Part shown: piece after piece, positions 48,543 to 62,912 of the stretch
Layout: every line of letters starts with the position of its first letter
How positions within the stretch are numbered: the stretch's first letter is position 1
The notes under the pieces: model-generated
What the model was told of the DNA's origin: nothing
Database searches by the model: none
Seen by the model: only the letters and a program-made list of their open reading frames with translations
Source of the DNA: Leptogorgia sarmentosa
Lineage: Eukaryota
Reading direction: 5' to 3'
DNA length: 64,000 bases
NCBI GenBank assembly: GCA_964658305.1
Contig: OZ210885.1
Span: 23,560,001-23,624,000 of the forward strand
Translations under genes and position numbers: made by a program

Positions 48543-51500
48543 TTAAATAAGTGAGACAAAGATAGGCTTATGATCGCTAAAGTATGATTCTAAAACACCA
48601 CTATTTTTTACTCTCTGAGGTATATTGGTGTAAATGTGATCAATTCGTGATTTATAACCGGTTGTCACTTGGCTAATAAGTTGTACATATTTCTTTCCTT
48701 CTATTAGGTATTTACAAAGTGTATTTTTGTCGGAAGCATTTTCATTTAGATTAACATTAAAGTCTCCAAGAATTATAACAGGAGTATTTGGATCATTTAA
48801 AAAAGTAGAATGCAAATGTTTTAAGGCATCTATGAACCTTGAGATTTTCACTTTTGATGCAGAGCGATAAATTGCTACAATATGCAAATTATTTACTGGT
48901 TGGTTAGCCTTAATTAACGTCATTTCAACATCATTGTAATTGCATCTTAATGGTTCTGAGATAAGTTGGACATCATTTTTTACGTAAACAGCAGTTCCAT
49001 AAGGTGTTCTTGCACCATGTTGTGTGAAATCATTTCTGAATAATTGGAAGCCAGAAATTTTATATAATGCATTGTCATCGTTGCTACACAGAGCAGATTC
49101 TACAAACATATTGATATCAGCCGCTTTCACGTTGTAATCACTAGCAACATCAGCAAAATGAAGATGTAATGATCTCACATTCTGAAACAGTACCTTAAAT
49201 ACTGATGGAATGTGAACAACTGCTTCATTCAATGTATCTCCCTGACAACGATGAATAGTTTTAGCTGCAGATGGTCTCAAAGGAAATTGTCTGCAAAGAA
49301 CCTGCATTTGGTGTCTTCTGAATTGCCTTGTGATCTCTAAAATTGGGACCCAATGTTTATCTATAGTTTGCTTGTAAAGATGAGAGTATTCTTTGCAATA
49401 ATCTTTCCCAATGTGTTCTTCTTGAAATAAAACCCAAATAATACTTGGTCTTGATGACCCTGGTACTCAGTAATCAATTTTCTTAATAATACACTCCGCG
49501 CCATTAGTCATACCATCAACAACCGACATGTTTGTCGTAAGATCATATTTTGCTTCTTTAAGTACAGAACAAGTCGAGTACAAGCCCATAGTTTTTGAAG
49601 GATCGTTTGGTATTTGTTTTTTAAGTCTTTCTTTCAACTCATCAGAAAGATCTCCAAGTACAATATCAATTGCTTTTATCTGAACCTTCTCGTTTGTAGA
49701 TTTGTGAAAAATATCGTCATTATGTTCATCAACTGCCATATTAGTACTAAATAAGTGAGTTGAATTTATTGGATAATCAGGATGTTGTGGAGTAAGCTTC
49801 AAAATTCTTTCTTTTAAAACTTCAATGTCAGCTTTGGTATGTTTTCCTTCTCGGATACGGTTTAATATTTCAGCAAAGTCTTTGTCTTCCCTTTGTCTCA
49901 TTACTTCTGATAATTCAAACATTTGGAAATACTGTTGCCAGAGATTAGTTGCTAACGCATTATACCCATCTTTTGAGTTTTCAAATATCCAATGATCAAA
50001 AACTGGTTTAAGTTGAAACAAGTCCCCAACCGTTATTATACTAAGACCGCCAAAAGGTTCTTTTGTTCCCATAATTTGTTGCAATCGAAGTCAAGAAAAT
50101 TAAACATCCCACTGCCTACCATTGATATCTCGTCAATAAACACAACTTGCATTCGCTGTAACTGACATCTTATTGTATTCAATCTGTCTCTATCGAGTGC
50201 GCAATAATTGAATCCTCTGTTTGCCGGAATTTTAAAGGCGGAATGAAGCGTATTTCCTCTTATGTTGAATGCAGCTTTGCCTGTTGGCGCTACTTTAACA
50301 ACACTAACATCATCGGGATTATTTTCTGGCTGAGCATTTAAGTATCTTATAAGAGCTTCATATAAAGCATTTGTGACAGTGCTTTTACCTACACCTGCAC
50401 CTCCGCTTAAAAACAGTCTTAACGGCAGCTTATCAGTTTTAACAGAGTTCAGTACATGGTAAAAAAACTCTTTTTGTTCGATATTGAGTGATTGCACAAG
50501 TTTTCTAAAATCAGCATCTTTCAATCTCTTCACTAGAAGTTCTTCGTCGTCATTCGTTCTTGGATATATGCCAATATCATTGATCAAGTCATATTCAGCA
50601 TGTTGTTTATCTTTGCCTGGATCAAAGCATCCAAATAATTCACTAGCTTTTGACCCAATTTCTTTATCCTGTTCATCTCGATACTGTGCATTGGGAGCAA
50701 CTACAGCACTAGATTCCTCCCTTTCTATATCTTGCACTGCCTGATCAAGAGCTTCGGTATGATACTCATATTGTTGTCTGTTTTGCTCTATCACATCTTT
50801 GACCACTTCAAACCGATCTTGGTAAGTCTGGGAGTCTTTTAGAAGATCCATCGTTTCATTTCTCCAAGCAGTGTAAAGCATTATTTGTTCTCTACAGAAA
50901 TTTTCTAGGTCTTTGTTTTTATTAAATCTAACTGATCGTATTATCCTTGGTTTCTGTCTCTTTATAAGTGTTATTCCTCCTTTCATTTCATATTCTTCCT
51001 TCTCTGAAGTTTGTTCCAGATCAGAAGAGTCATCATCTAAATTGTCATCCACATTATTTTCTGGAAGATATTCATCTGCCAAAGGTGACTTTGATTTAGC
51101 TTTCGTCTGCTCATTACGCTCACTTTTGCTGTTATACCTTGCAACAAAATCTGCTAGGCAAACATTTTCCAGTTGCTTTGGTCGTCGCTGATATCTTTTA
51201 ATAATGTTGTCTGACTCAATATCAGACGAATTGTCTGGAAGTTCTTTAATTTTATCCATGCTTTTTAATAGGAATGTTCTTTCATCTGGATCGGATGTAT
51301 TGATAAATTGGAATTCTCGAGAGGATCTTCTCAAAGGCATCTGGAGAACTAAGTAAACAGCTTCTTGTGCACTTATTTCAACTGCACTTAGAAATTTGTT
51401 ACCAATATGTCTCACCTTGTTAACAATATTCTTATTGCCTTCTTTTGCTTCTTCACATGCTTTACGAAGTAACTTACTCATTCCTCTCTGACCTTTAGTA

Positions 51501-53570
51501 ATATATGTAAGGATATAAACAGCACAAGCATAAGGATCTAGTACAAACTGAATATCCATGTTAGCTTGCCAAGCTTTGAGCAAGTTTGGATTGTAGCAGT
51601 TTATTCTAATCTCAGATGGCGATCGTTTTAATAACAGCGTACTGTGTTTGAGAGAAAGCCTTATGGCCTTTATATACTGCTGTTCTGATAAACCTAGCTT
51701 TTGAAGAAACTCAACGAATGTCCTGGTTTCATCTGCTTTGATAGAGTCTAATAACTCACGTATTCGTTCTAAAGCTCTCTTCAATATAGCCGCGACATTT
51801 TCATCAAGATCAATCACAGATAAAGGCTCTAAAATCATAGTTCTTGGCATTGGTGGTAACGGAAAATTAAATCTGCAAACGGCGTGACCTCTCTTCTTAC
51901 ACGTTTTAGAGTGTTTATGCCTTTGAAAATTTACAAGATCAGTTAAATCATCCGCGTCAGCTTTGCATGAAACATAACTATCGACAAACTCAGCAATATC
52001 TTCGTCAGTATCTTTACCATACTCAGGAGCATTTTTTATCCAGAATAAGCCGTGGATATGTGGAGAACCTCTTTGCTGGAATTCGACGCGATAGAAAAAG
52101 TCAACAACTTCTCCAATTGGATGACTTGGGCTTTTAATAATGTCGTGAATGAATAATTGTACCATATGCTCAAAATTTCGTGCACATGTGACTGGATCTT
52201 TCTGTATCAGTTCAGATTTTTTCCGCCATGTCCATTTGTTTAATTTCGTCATCACTATAATCTTTATTGTCTATAAGGCGGCCGAGAATTTTAATCAAAT
52301 GAATCCACCGTGTTTCAGCTGCTGAAAATGAACAGAACCACATAGGTTTACCAAGCTGGCGAATCATGGCAAATAGATCTTTTTTACACCTTTCAAAATA
52401 TGGAGGTGATCCACGTAAATTTCGTAAAACTCTAAATCCTTCATCCAAATTTATTAACTTGTTTACACAACTTTCTGACTTTAAATCTCCAGCAGTGTAT
52501 GTTTTACCCTTAGTTTTACACTTACGTAATGATAAACTTGCACTTCCTTGAATTTGCCTGATCTGTAATTTCTTTAGTTTGTAAAATGTTTGGCACAGAC
52601 TGCGCGACTATTCTATCTTTGCTTCGCAATTCCCATTTACACATTGTGCTATAGTGAACGGGCACAAGTCTTTCACTGTTGTCAGCTTGACGTTTTCCAC
52701 AATAAATAGTGGGAAATGAAAGAAATTCAGAATCTTTGTCTGTAAATATACCAAGTGGTCTATTACCTTCTCCTGGTGCAAAGCTTATTATTCTATCACC
52801 ATGTTGAGTAATGTCTGGTTCTTGCAATAATGTATCCATAACACCAGATGAACGTTCAGTTGTTTCACACCACTCATCATCTGTATCATTGTCAATCAAG
52901 TCATTACTTTCATTTGTGTCAACTTCTTTTTCACTTTGAGCGTTCTCATTTTCTGAGGTGTTCTGTCCATCCTTGGAAATAAATTCTGACCATTCCTCTT
53001 CATTATTATCGACTTGATTTGGTACGTAACTTTCCATTACTTGTATTCCTTCGTTTCTAAATATTTCACTGGTACGAACTAAGTATTGAGCTGTTCCAAA
53101 ACTTTACTAGGTCTAACATTCTGAAATTGATAATGGTGTTTGTAACCAAGGCGACGCTTCAATTTAATTGGAATAGTCTGTGATTCATTGATTCGTCTTG
53201 GTAAAACGCTTACAGTAGAATTAACATCTGCAGGTACATTAACTACATTTCCATGAATACTTAATTGGCCTCCTGTAGAAAGTTCTCGTACTTGCATAAA
53301 AGGTATTCTTGGCGAAATTAATCTTTCTTCAAGAGGTGTCAAATCCTTTAAGACATCAGGCTTTTCTGGGAAACTCATTTTATTTGCCTTAGCACAAGTA
53401 GGAAGTTTGCCAGATTTTAGGTTTGAGTGGCATGTACTACATATCCATTCAGTATTGTCAATGCTTTTGAGACCAGTAAGACATGAATTGAGAATTTCTT
53501 TTGAACACGACTTATACAAAGAAGCATTACATTGAGTGACAGATGATCGATACCACAGCTGATCCAACAC
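48543..53570 (-). pseudogene. Helentron (Helitron2-type) Rep-Pif1 helicase-APE endonuclease gene, several frameshifts, 5' truncated
   Basis: LEERLISPRIPFMQ..GQ..GNVVNVP; FCSFSAAETRW; HUH motif [90 protein letters not shown]. Confidence 0.93.
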
Positions 53571-53698
53571 AGTCTCAGTGCTTGAATAGATGAATAGAAT
53601 CAATTGACAATACGTCGCAAATAGATGATAATGGTGTATCTAGGGGAAACTCAGATAAAGCTAAATTTATCATGTTCTGCGCATCAACAAAAGTCAAA

Positions 53699-56600
53699 AT
53701 GGCGGACAAAGCATTAAGCGTGAGTGAATTTTATTACGATTGATAGTTCAAAAGATACAATGTTACTTAAGAGTAAAGTTAAGTGTTTAGAATACTTTAG
53801 TATTTAAAATGTTTAAATAGATAAAATGTATTGTTTTCAAGCATGTAAAAGACGGAAATCTAGCACTCTCGAAGCAGCTGTCAGCGCTGGTTTGGCCCTT
53901 CTAGGAGAGAGTAAAACAACCAAAAAGAAGTTCCCGAAGCCTGCGCATTTTCATCTCGTAAAATCTGGCACAAATCGCCAAACACATACGCCTTACAGAC
54001 CCCGAGTTAAAGCACGAACAGGTAATGTAAATATTGCTAAATTTTAGCTGGCCTGTACCAATTCCTTGGAAGTTGGAACTACATGGCAGTTGCCAGTTGT
54101 GCTGATCGACCAGTGTATACTGTGTGTATAGTATATTCATGTAAAAAAACATAAAGTTTTGGGTACTTTCCTCATAATTTGCATATCATGTTAAATTTAG
54201 CTGATCTGCCACTGGATATAGACAGTGAAAATGAAAGTTTGCATGGTGAACCAAGTGAAGATTTTGGAACAGAGATGAATGAAAGTATTGGTAAATATTT
54301 TCCACTTTATCCCAACACAGTCGGTTTCAACCGATATCTGGCAAGTTTGTCATTAAATTTCACTTATATTTAGTCAGACTGTAAAATACTCTGAGCCAAT
54401 CATTGTTTCAATTATACATGCAAAATACAGTTGACTTTATTAAGGTTAAAACTAACAGTAAGTCAGTTTTGTGCATATTTTTTGCTCATAACAAAAGCCA
54501 ATCAAAAACATTCATTGTTGGAATTTTAATTAAAAAGTCTCTTCTTTGGAATGTGTATTGTTTTGTTATGAGCAGAAGATATGCACAGACCGGACACCAG
54601 CTTTAAGTTTGAATCAATGATTTCACACTGTAGACAAGGAGCTGCAAACTATAATGTCAGAGTGTGATGAAATTCTGCATGCCATGCCCATTAACCAACA
54701 AGCTCAGCAGAAAACATGGACACAACGTATGGAAGATCTGCAATGTGAATGGCTGGATAGCAGATTGGAAATTGCTCAGATTCTAGTTCGTGCTGAGTTC
54801 CTTTCTGATGATGCCGCATGCTCCCAATGTTCGGTTAATCGAGCAAGTATTCAATGCTATCAATGTGGCATTTCCCAAATAGTTTGTCATCAGTGTGACA
54901 GGAATCGCCATACAACAAATCCTTTCCATGACAGAGAAGCTTGGCTTGAAAATCATTTTGAACCCCTCCAATCATGTCAAGGTGTTGATGAAAGTGGACT
55001 GGTGCATGAGACAGGTAGGTTTATTGCATGTGGTGCCAATTTTGACCAGTTACTACTTTAATTACGGGAACCACTGAGTATTTTAATAAAATATAAAACA
55101 ACGGAAATTGTAACCCCGAAAATAAACATTTTAATATTCTAGCTTTCGACTAAAAACTACTAGCTTACTACTTTAAGGTGTTACAATATATCGATAGGCT
55201 AGCCTTTTTACTTATTCAAATACACATTGTACTTGGTAAGTGAAACCATGAAACACAGTCCACCCAGTAGACTACTCTATGTATCTCTCATAATACACCA
55301 TTTTTATCACAGATTGTATCATCCCTTTCACTAAAATAAAGAAATGTTTCCATTGTGGCCACCACACTCCATTTCAAGCTATTCCATCAAAGGAAAGAGC
55401 AGTTGTGTTTACTGTGCAAGGTATTGGCAGTTTTATCAGTAGTACTGCTTACACAATTTATCCTTTGCTGTAGTTTATGGTAACTGTTGTGTCGTATGAT
55501 AGCTCTAACTAGTATGATAATGTATATAGATTGCTTTCATAATGGAGAGAGACGTAAAATATTCATTTGTATCTGACTCTCCATTATGAAAGGGGTCTAT
55601 GTAATAAGATACGGTAGTGATTTTCTTTTTCACTTCCTTTTGAATTGTTAATGAGTGTTTTAGATTATCTTAATTGGTGTGTATCAGTAAAATATACATT
55701 GGCTTGTATCTTGTATCTTGTATATAGGTCGCTTCGATGTTAACAATCCATCAATGGTATGCAACAATTGTTCTTGTGTGTCTTCACTCACACTTGAAGA
55801 CGTGTTAGAAAATGGATACTGGCCAGCAAGTCCAAACAATTTAACAATGCTGTTTGCACAAAATTTGTTTTTCACTTGGGACATATTTCAGAAGCGAATG
55901 CCTGGTTGCTCTGAAACGAGTTTTGTAAAATCTCTTGAGGATATTTCAATTGCTAAAGGAAGGGTATTGAATTTTTCTTGTTACGTATTGTGCGATGCTA
56001 CAGTAGATGAAACAGTCCCCATTGTGCCAGATGCTTGTTATACTATAAATATTGTGAATTATGCTGAACTGTTTTTCTTTTGTTTAGATTGGTACAATCA
56101 ATCCCAGAGCATTCACTAAAGCATTTCGGGAATGGAAGTATTGCAAGTATGAGTTGGATGTTTTGCAATCAAAAGATTGGCTCAGTTGTTCTGGTAATCA
56201 ACATTCTTGCCACGTTGATGGGAACATGAAATTATATAGATACAAACGATCTGGAAGGTAATTAACACCATATATAAGACTAAATTATGTATTGTACATT
56301 TTTCTATATTTCATCGGGATTCGAAGATTGCTCATTTGAACTAGCTTCGATATTCCTAAACTATCTGCTTCTATACATGCCAGTATGTACACTTGTGGAG
56401 TTACGTATTGTAACAAAATATGTATTGGGGTAATGCATCAGGTCAGTGATTTTGCTTTCTATTTATAGACTCATTCTACTTTCTTTCATTTTGAATAGTA
56501 AAAAAGACGATTCATACTATGGTGATATATTTGTTGCTTCAAATAGTGATGTTGATCACCATCTTGCAGAAGTTTATAAACACCCAAGTGTGAAAGTGAG

Positions 56601-59540
56601 TTCGGATATACTACAGTTCCCGCGCACATTCCAATAAAGAAAATTATATACATATAGGGTATATATTTAGAAATATCAGTGGATAACCACGACATTTCAA
56701 TTCTTTGTTTATAATCAGAGCTTCATTGACGATGGCAAGTGCGGAGAAACAAACTGGCGTGCTGCAGGAAATAAGCCCAAACGGTATTTGCATTTGGATG
56801 AAACAGGATTGGAGATAGCCGGATGTCGACATGGGCTGGCTCAATGGGCTGTGAATATGTTTCGAGGAGAGATATATGGTTACGCCAATTACATCCGTGT
56901 TTTTAAAATGATACCAAATAACACCGAGTATATGTGGGAAGATGTAATGTGTAAATATTGGAAGTGGGCAAAAAACATCCCTAACAATAGCATGGAGCAA
57001 CAAAGTATGAAACCTGCTTTGTCAGTGATGCACGCCAAGGCGCATAACTGGTCGTGCCAGGTAGTTATATGAGTAACAGCAGTACATTATTCAACAATAC
57101 AATACAGTACAATACATATCTACTGTATGTTTGTATACTGTAGGTTCTGTGGGGTGGCAGATGTGGCGCTGCTTGTTCTACCGGTGAAGAGGTGGAACAA
57201 ATAAACAGCTACCTATCAAGAACATCCAATACGACCAAGTACATGTTGCCTGAGTGTAAGAAAATCCCGAACAATGTTTTCCGAGTTTCAATCCTAGTTA
57301 ATCTGAGTAGTCGTTTTCATGTTTATCATTTTACAGGCCGAGAAGAACTATTGACAGAACATGCTATTTCATGGAATAGGCGGAAGATTTTATCATTAGC
57401 GGAAGCTCTTGCTAAGAGATATGTTAAGGTTTCTTAACTGTTGTCATTTCCGAAGATGTTTATATGCGCAATTGAATTTGTTTTATGATTAATAAGCTAT
57501 GGGTGGAATATCACTATGCTGGTTCGACTCCAGCACATAGCGGCTTGTACATTTGAACTACATATTGTGCTGTAAGGTGTGTTTACATGCTTGTGCATGC
57601 AATGAACATATTTTAATTCCCTCGTATATACGTAGATAATTAAAGGTCTTGAAACTGCGAGAGAAGATCTCAATAATGCACTTGATGCTGTGCAGCTGAA
57701 CAAGGATGATGTTGATGCAAACGAATGGAAAAACGATGTTCAGACAGCCACCCAAGGTATTTTATGCTTTATTTTCAAGATTGCGACCTGTTACGTTCAC
57801 AAGTTTTAGATTGCATATCAGTATGTATCTGACTATGTTATATTAACTGTGTTGGAGCATCGAAGTTTTATTTCGTTATGAACATCAACAGACATTTAAA
57901 ACTTTCTTAGAGTTGGAAAATCGCCCACTTGCAGAGGTTACAGTAGAAGAAGAATACTTTTTGCTGTGTGAAAAGGAATCAGCCGTTGCCATCCTGCTTC
58001 CAACATTAAAAGCTGACGGACCAGAGAAAGAATATGTCCAAACCCTTCTGAAGAAGCCCATTTCAAAGTATGCCACGTCTCAACATCAACAGCAGCGTAT
58101 GGACTCTCTGGAAGAGAGATTATGTGCAGAAGAAAGTAAAAGCGATGTGATGGAAAGAGGTCGGGAAAAATGCGCACAAAGGATCTTGGACAGTGTACGA
58201 AATGAAATAGAGCTATTGTCATTTGCAATTCACCAAAGGAAGATATGCATTGGCAAACTTGCAGGTATTTAGAAAACATCGTTTTCAGCATTGGATTAAT
58301 CTAGATATAGCGTGCGTTTTTTGAAATTGACTTGAATTATTCTATTTGTAGCGTCGTCGAAAATGAGAACAAAACTGCGGAAAAGACTATCAACTGATCA
58401 GGCGCAGATCAATAAACGCACAAACGTTCACAACCAGCTCCAAATAGCACTTGGTGTGGAAAATGTACAGCTTTTGGACCATTCTTCCATAGCTGAAGGA
58501 GTGTTTCCTTGGACATTTGATGGTACATTGAAGCCTGTGTCTCATGTGAATGGTATAATTCTCGTTTCTCAATGTTAAATATATTCTATTGTAGATGTCT
58601 CCGTGCGGCTTAAATGTAAGATTGTTGAAAGATTTGAGATATTGGATAGGCACGAGGAAGAATTAGAACTAATAAAGAGGGAAATGATACAATATCTCAA
58701 GTTTTACAAGAACATTATTCTTCAATCAAAAATACAAATAAAAGATCTTGAAAACTTTGTTGTACAAGGTTTGTATTTTTTATTTTTATATAGTGTGGTG
58801 TGGTGAAAGTGTGTTAATTTTCCTGATACATTCTTCCTGCGTTTTTCTATGCTAGCCTTCTTAAGGATTGTGGGATTGTGCATGGAAGAGTCAGTATTCA
58901 AATGCACTCTATGTTGTTGTCTTTTAAACAGATATGTTACCATCCAGTAGTCTGGAAGGCTGCGAAAGTTCGACGGAAACGGAAGTAAAGGTGTATACTA
59001 TAGATGCAGTGTTATGATGAAGAAATGAGGAACAATGAAATTAATAAAGTGTATTGACACTTTATGTTAATATATTTAACGATATTAAACGTTAATTAAA
59101 ATACGTGGAACGTCAAGCATGGGCAAAAGTATTGAAACAATTGGATCAATTAATCTACTGTATGTGGTAGCATTAAGTAAAATGAATACTGTATATATTG
59201 TATTGTCTAGAAAATCAAATATTGTGTCCCAAGCGAAAACAGAGACAACGAGGTTGTTATGGGCGAAATTTCTTTACGATGGAAGGGTGTTCAGTTTGCA
59301 AGACGACAACTTAATTGTGGACTACAAACATTCTCTCGCATCAATTCTGGGGATTTTGACTTACCTTTTGATGACTATTGTGACGATGACGACGATCAAC
59401 AAGTGTCGGATGATGAAGACTCTACTTACGGCGGAGAAGACAACTCAGAGTGTGATTCAGTCGATGATGACTACATTGAGCAAGTCCAAGCAATGCCGCA
59501 ACGTTTTTCCTATTGGGACGAAGATGACGCTATCTCATAA
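53699..59540 (+). pseudogene. Multi-exon KDZ (Kyakuja-Dileera-Zisupton) transposase with a CxC-type Cys-rich domain, probably decayed
   Basis: CSQC..CYQC..CHQCDRNRH..PFHDR; GYWPASP; HSCHVDGNMKLYRY; LDETGLEIAGCRHG..AVNMFRGEIY; EDVMCKY; SVMHAKAHNWSCQ; GEEVEQINSYLSR; WNRRKI; acidic tail. Many GT-AG introns. Termini not resolved. Confidence 0.8.
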
Positions 59541-60280
59541 AATTAAACGTTTTCTCGTGTTGTGTGTTCATGGTTTGTTAATGCACTTGAGCAAATGTCG
59601 AATGAATGCTGAAGAAAACTCCGACATTTCCCGCGTGCATTACCACACCATAAACGCACGCGAATCATTTTCTATTTCTTGAATAATATGCGACAATATT
59701 TTCTATTTTGCAAAAATTGACATATTCACGTAATACTTACCAATCTCTAGGAATGCTTATAATAGAATATGTATATATGAAAAGGTTACATTACATGGAA
59801 ATTTTTGCTCTTGCACGTATATCTCTTTCAGCATGGATAGGTTAAACGTTTGTTTTATCCACGAAGAGACGATATACATTGGTCAATAAATGGCAACAAA
59901 CATGGGGCAACTTTTTTGCGCCGCATCCGGTATTTGTTTTTGATAGCGATTTACAGTTCGTTATATTTTATTATATCTAAATAATTTTGACATTCGTGTT
60001 CGTAAACTCGTAAAGTGTAAATCCTTGACTTTTGGGTATTAAATGAAAATATATAATTATTCTAAATTTCTAATTATCCTCCTTGATTGAGCTGGGGTTT
60101 TTTCAAACGCGTCATCTTTGCAAGTTAAAAGTGATATAAAAGAGACAGATCGTGAATGGTTCATTTGTGTTCGAAAAAAAGGAAAATTTTCTTCTCTATG
60201 AATTTTTGCCAAGACTTGGTGACATATCAAAATTCGAGCGATTTTTATCAAAATTCGACCCGGAATGGTGGGTTCTGTCC

Positions 60281-60868
60281 GACACAGAAGGAAATATTTT
60301 TTCGCAGTTAATTTTGAACCATGACTTGATATCCATGAAAGTAGTGACATATCAAAATTTGAGCGAGTTTTATACAATCTTTCATGTTTTACTGAAAAGC
60401 GGTCATCTTTGTAAAAGCCATATAATAGCTAGTGTATAATAGAGATGGGACGTGAATGGTAGGTTGTGTCTGACACAGAAGGAAATATTTTTTCACAGTT
60501 AATTTTGAACCATGACTTGATATCCATGAAAGTAGTGACATATCAAAATTTGAGCGAGTTTTATACAATCTTTCATGTTTTACTGAAAAGCGGTCATCTT
60601 TGTAAAAGCCATATAATAGTGTATAATAGAGATGGGACGTGAATGGTAGGTTGTGTCTGACACAGAAGGAAATATTTTTTCGCAGTTAATTTTGAACCAT
60701 GACTTGATCTCCATGAAAGTAGTGACATATCAAAATTTGAGCGAGTTTTATACAATCTTTCATGTTTTACTGAAAAGCAGTCATCTTTGTAAAAGCCATA
60801 TAATAGTGTATAATAGAGATGGGACGTGAATGGTGGGTTGTGTCTGCATGACACAGAAGGAAATATTT
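60281..60868. repeat. Tandem repeat of ~187-191 bp, about 3 copies plus diverged upstream partial copies
   Basis: GACACAGAAGGAAATATTT recurs at 60281, 60472, 60659 and 60850. Confidence 0.9.
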
Positions 60869-60894
60869 CCACTAATGGAAAAGTGAGTTTATTG

Positions 60895-61277
60895 CATTGC
60901 AAAGATCTCTTAAAATGACACTATAACTTCTTTTGTAAAATTGATCTAACTCTTTTCCTTCTCGAAATATTTAAATTTGTTTGGTATGCAAATAAATACA
61001 ACGTATGACATCACACTGCATAATGGTTACCAAAGCCCATCATTAAGTTCGAAAGTGGTTAAAATAATCCACAAAGAAATGCTGCCGTGTAGTGAATTAT
61101 CATTGCTTAGGCACATAAAATGCAGTTTTGGTTATTTTATGTTGTTATGCGCTACAAAATAAGCAATCTCATAGAAATCATTATGCAGTGCAACGTCACA
61201 CGTTATTGTATTATTGGCATATAAAATAAATCTGCAAAAGAAGTTATATTGTCATTTTAAAAGATCCTTTTATGCAA
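60895..61277. mobile_element. Diverged palindromic MITE-like element
   Basis: AAAATGACACTATAACTTCTTTTG / CAAAAGAAGTTATATTGTCATTTT and CACTGCATAATG / CATTATGCAGTG arms. Confidence 0.6.
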
Positions 61278-61569
61278 ACAACATACCGTTGTTCGAAATG
61301 TCATGTCATAAACTACGCACTCTAAAGTAGTGCGAGGAACCCTTGATTATACCACCTTCCAAAAGCATTTTTAACCATGGATGAATTTTGTACGAACATA
61401 AGGAACACCTGCATGTACATGTCTAAATGTCTAAATATTGGGCTGAATTCTAGAAATTTGCAAGAGTAAATTATAGCTATTTAATAGATCCATTATCCAC
61501 AGTGTAAGCACAGCAAAAAGCTCCGTCTTATATTTCTTAAAAGCATGCAGAAACAAAGTTCGCCTTATA

Positions 61570-61750
61570 TTATACAAATAGTGAATGTTTATGAGTGCAA
61601 TGGTAAGAATATTGTCAGGAGGCGAACGATGGAATGTTCTATTCAACGAGGCGAAGCCGAGTTGAATGGAACACCCCATCTTTCACCGACTGAAATTATG
61701 AAAATATTCTTACCATTGCACGAATAAAACCATTCATTATTTGTTTTATA
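61570..61750. repeat. Long imperfect palindrome with core AACGAGGCGAAGCCGAGTT
   Basis: GTGCAATGGTAAGAATATT / AATATTCTTACCATTGCAC arms. Confidence 0.75.
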
Positions 61751-62223
61751 CAATACCAAAATAGGCTATTCCTCTTCAAGTTGAAACCCACTGACCTTTT
61801 GAAAGTAATTTATTTATTGTTAAAGTTTTAATATACCCAGCACAAAGTTGAACCCACGAGTACAGAATTTCAGAATTTATGAAGCTCTCTTAAATTCCCC
61901 AGAACAGAAAATCGATCGTACTCTTTACCATTTAATTTATCTTTGCTCTTTTCTGGTACACCCTGTATAACATTACGTAGAAAGGGAATCGAACCCTTAA
62001 CAGGAAATTCATAAATTCATCACGTCATAAAATTTATAAACGTAGAAATGTGATGATATATAATGTTTGTAAAAACTTGGCAACTCACTGACTTACGTGT
62101 TATCATTGTTGTCAGGACTCAGGACCGTAGCTAGAACGCTATTTGGAAGCTGTATGTATGTTCATATAATCATTTTATATGAAGAAATTTGTCTGGTAGA
62201 ACATGCAGCCATAAATGAGTATC

Positions 62224-62446
62224 CACGGTGTATAATATAAAAATAGGCTAATCTTTGAAATTAAAATTAGTCATAAAATATTATTGTGATCCGATTGGTT
62301 TGAACTCCATGGAGTTAATGACGCTTGAGTGGAAACATTTTTTGTTTTGAGGTTCGCTAAATGATTCGAAGCATTTATGCTTGTCAGATGAATTCAATAC
62401 AATAACTAATTTGAATTTCAAAGACTAGTCTTTTTTATGCACCCTG
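62224..62446. mobile_element. Diverged Tc1-like MITE
   Basis: CACGGTGTATAA..CTAATCTTTGAAATTAAAATTAGT versus ACTAATTTGAATTTCAAAGACTAG..TGCACCCTG+TA. Confidence 0.55.
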
Positions 62447-62912
62447 TACACCCCCTTCCCATTCATGATCTAGCATGATTCTTGTTAATTGTTATTCCAA
62501 CCGTCTCAGTAAAACAATCATCGTACTGTCATCTTCAATGAAAATTACCACAATTAACGTTTTTGTTTTTCGAAATATAGTAAATCACTCATTTCCCAGG
62601 AACTCAAGAATATATAATTGATGGCCATGTCATTCCTGACAAGCGAAACACACTTAATTTCCTCCGAATTTGGAACATAGCTACATAGCATATTTATGTT
62701 ACGCGAAGTCGAACATTCGAAACACGAAGTCGAATATTCAATGTAAATAAAAAATTTCGATTTGAGAATAAAAATACAACATGTTGTGCAATTATTATTT
62801 CAACTTCGAAAATAACTGAAATTCAGATATAGCTAAGATAACTACTTTTTATACCCCTTGTAAGTTAATTAATTTAATTAAGTCAAAAATATACTGTATA
62901 GGTTGGAAGTGT

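Noticed and set aside
60281..60868. CRISPR or coding repeat
   Set aside because: Plain ~190-bp tandem duplication with no spacers and inconsistent ORFs.
61975..62005. tRNA gene (B-box GGGTTCGATTCCC on the minus strand)
   Set aside because: No A-box, acceptor stem or cloverleaf could be built.
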